Source of the DNA: Clostridia bacterium
GTDB lineage: Bacteria > Bacillota > Clostridia > TANB77 > CAG-465
Length of the DNA: 64,000 bases
Reading direction: 5' to 3'
Assembly (NCBI GenBank): GCA_029256705.1
Contig: JAQSXK010000006.1
Location: 3,021-67,020 of the forward strand
The notes beneath the pieces were generated by a model. That model had not been told where the DNA came from. It saw nothing but the letters and a program-made list of their open reading frames with translations, and ran no database searches. A program made the translations under genes and the position numbers. The stretch's first letter is position 1. Each line of letters opens with the position of its first letter. Below, piece after piece: positions 63,426 through 64,000 of this stretch.

Positions 63426-64000
63426 ATGACTGATAAAAAAACAATATTAATTTTGATTTTAATAGCATCTTTGGTAGCAATACTGGTTGGTGTTTTAATA
63501 TTTATTTATAGTGGACCAAAAGATACTGGAAAAGCTAATAATCAAATTGAACAAAATAATTTATATTTTGTTACTGAGGAAGTAGGAGTTGGTTATGGAA
63601 TTAGTAAAACTGATGGTTCGGTGTTACTAAAACCAGAATATTCTCAACTAGCAAGAGTGGACAATTCTGTTTATCTAAAAACTGCAGAAGATAGTTATAT
63701 ATACTTTTTAAGCGATGGTAAAAGCGTTAGTTTAGGTGGTAAAGAATCTGAAGTTTATTTTGTATATGATAAAGAAAATAAATTATTGCCATATTTTATA
63801 TTTAGATATGGTGAGACAGAACAAGCTAGTATATTTAGAATTTTCAATAATAAAGGAATAAGACATGATACAAAAGATTTTGCAAGCCTAAATGATGCAT
63901 ATAAATTTTTAAATGCAAAAGAAGTATTTAAATCTACAATAGCATCAACAAGTATAACAGATAAATATGCCGTTATTTCAACTTTAGACTATCCAACAAT
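63426..64000 (+). CDS. Membrane-anchored hypothetical protein. 3' partial, continues past the window.
   Basis: AGGGGAGAGA RBS. MTDKKTILILILIASLVAILVGVLIF... No stop codon before the window end. Confidence 0.5.
   Translation, partial: MTDKKTILILILIASLVAILVGVLIFIYSGPKDTGKANNQIEQNNLYFVTEEVGVGYGISKTDGSVLLKPEYSQLARVDNSVYLKTAEDSYIYFLSDGKSVSLGGKESEVYFVYDKENKLLPYFIFRYGETEQASIFRIFNNKGIRHDTKDFASLNDAYKFLNAKEVFKSTIASTSITDKYAVISTLDYPT

Overview
This window is the chromosomal replication-origin region of a very AT-rich, spore-forming Firmicute (Clostridia-like). On the minus strand lie dnaA, dnaN, recF and gyrB. Diverging on the plus strand are rpmH, rnpA, yidD, yidC, jag, mnmE, mnmG, rsmG, soj and spo0J. 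DnaA-box clusters sit on both sides of dnaA, and a (TAG)6 DnaA-trio-like repeat lies next to the dnaA-dnaN AT-rich unwinding element. Housekeeping and sporulation genes fill most of the rest: sigE (5'-truncated at the window edge), spoIIGA, ftsZ and ftsA; an M23/M50 protease pair resembling spoIVFA/spoIVFB; miaB, efp and infC-rpmI-rplT; two tRNA-Ser genes; the nrdD-nrdG-nrdR operon with a canonical NrdR box; a Spo0E-like gene; yabG; spo0A with a 0A box in its promoter; a CpsC/CpsD/CpsB tyrosine-kinase module; cls; a peroxiredoxin; tcdA; two paralogous acyl-CoA synthetases; and recA-recX-deoD-scpA. The most unusual content is a two-gene island at 39.8-42.3 kb. It encodes a 708-aa fusion of an N-terminal PHP phosphoesterase domain (HCHT motif) to a split ABC/OLD-type ATPase (Walker A GAKGTGKT, signature-like SDGEK, Walker B ILDEPE, H-loop ATHN). 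A translationally coupled 103-aa acidic partner follows it. This looks like a candidate anti-phage defence module related to, but not the same as, single-gene Ppl/OLD/Septu-type systems. A 750-bp ORF-free, locally GC-enriched region with strong hairpins (45.0-45.8 kb) lies upstream of a four-TM membrane protein and may be an OLE-like structured RNA with an oapA-like gene. The synteny is also odd: gyrA is missing after gyrB, and the division/sporulation cluster, yabG, spo0A and recA all sit within ~50 kb of oriC.
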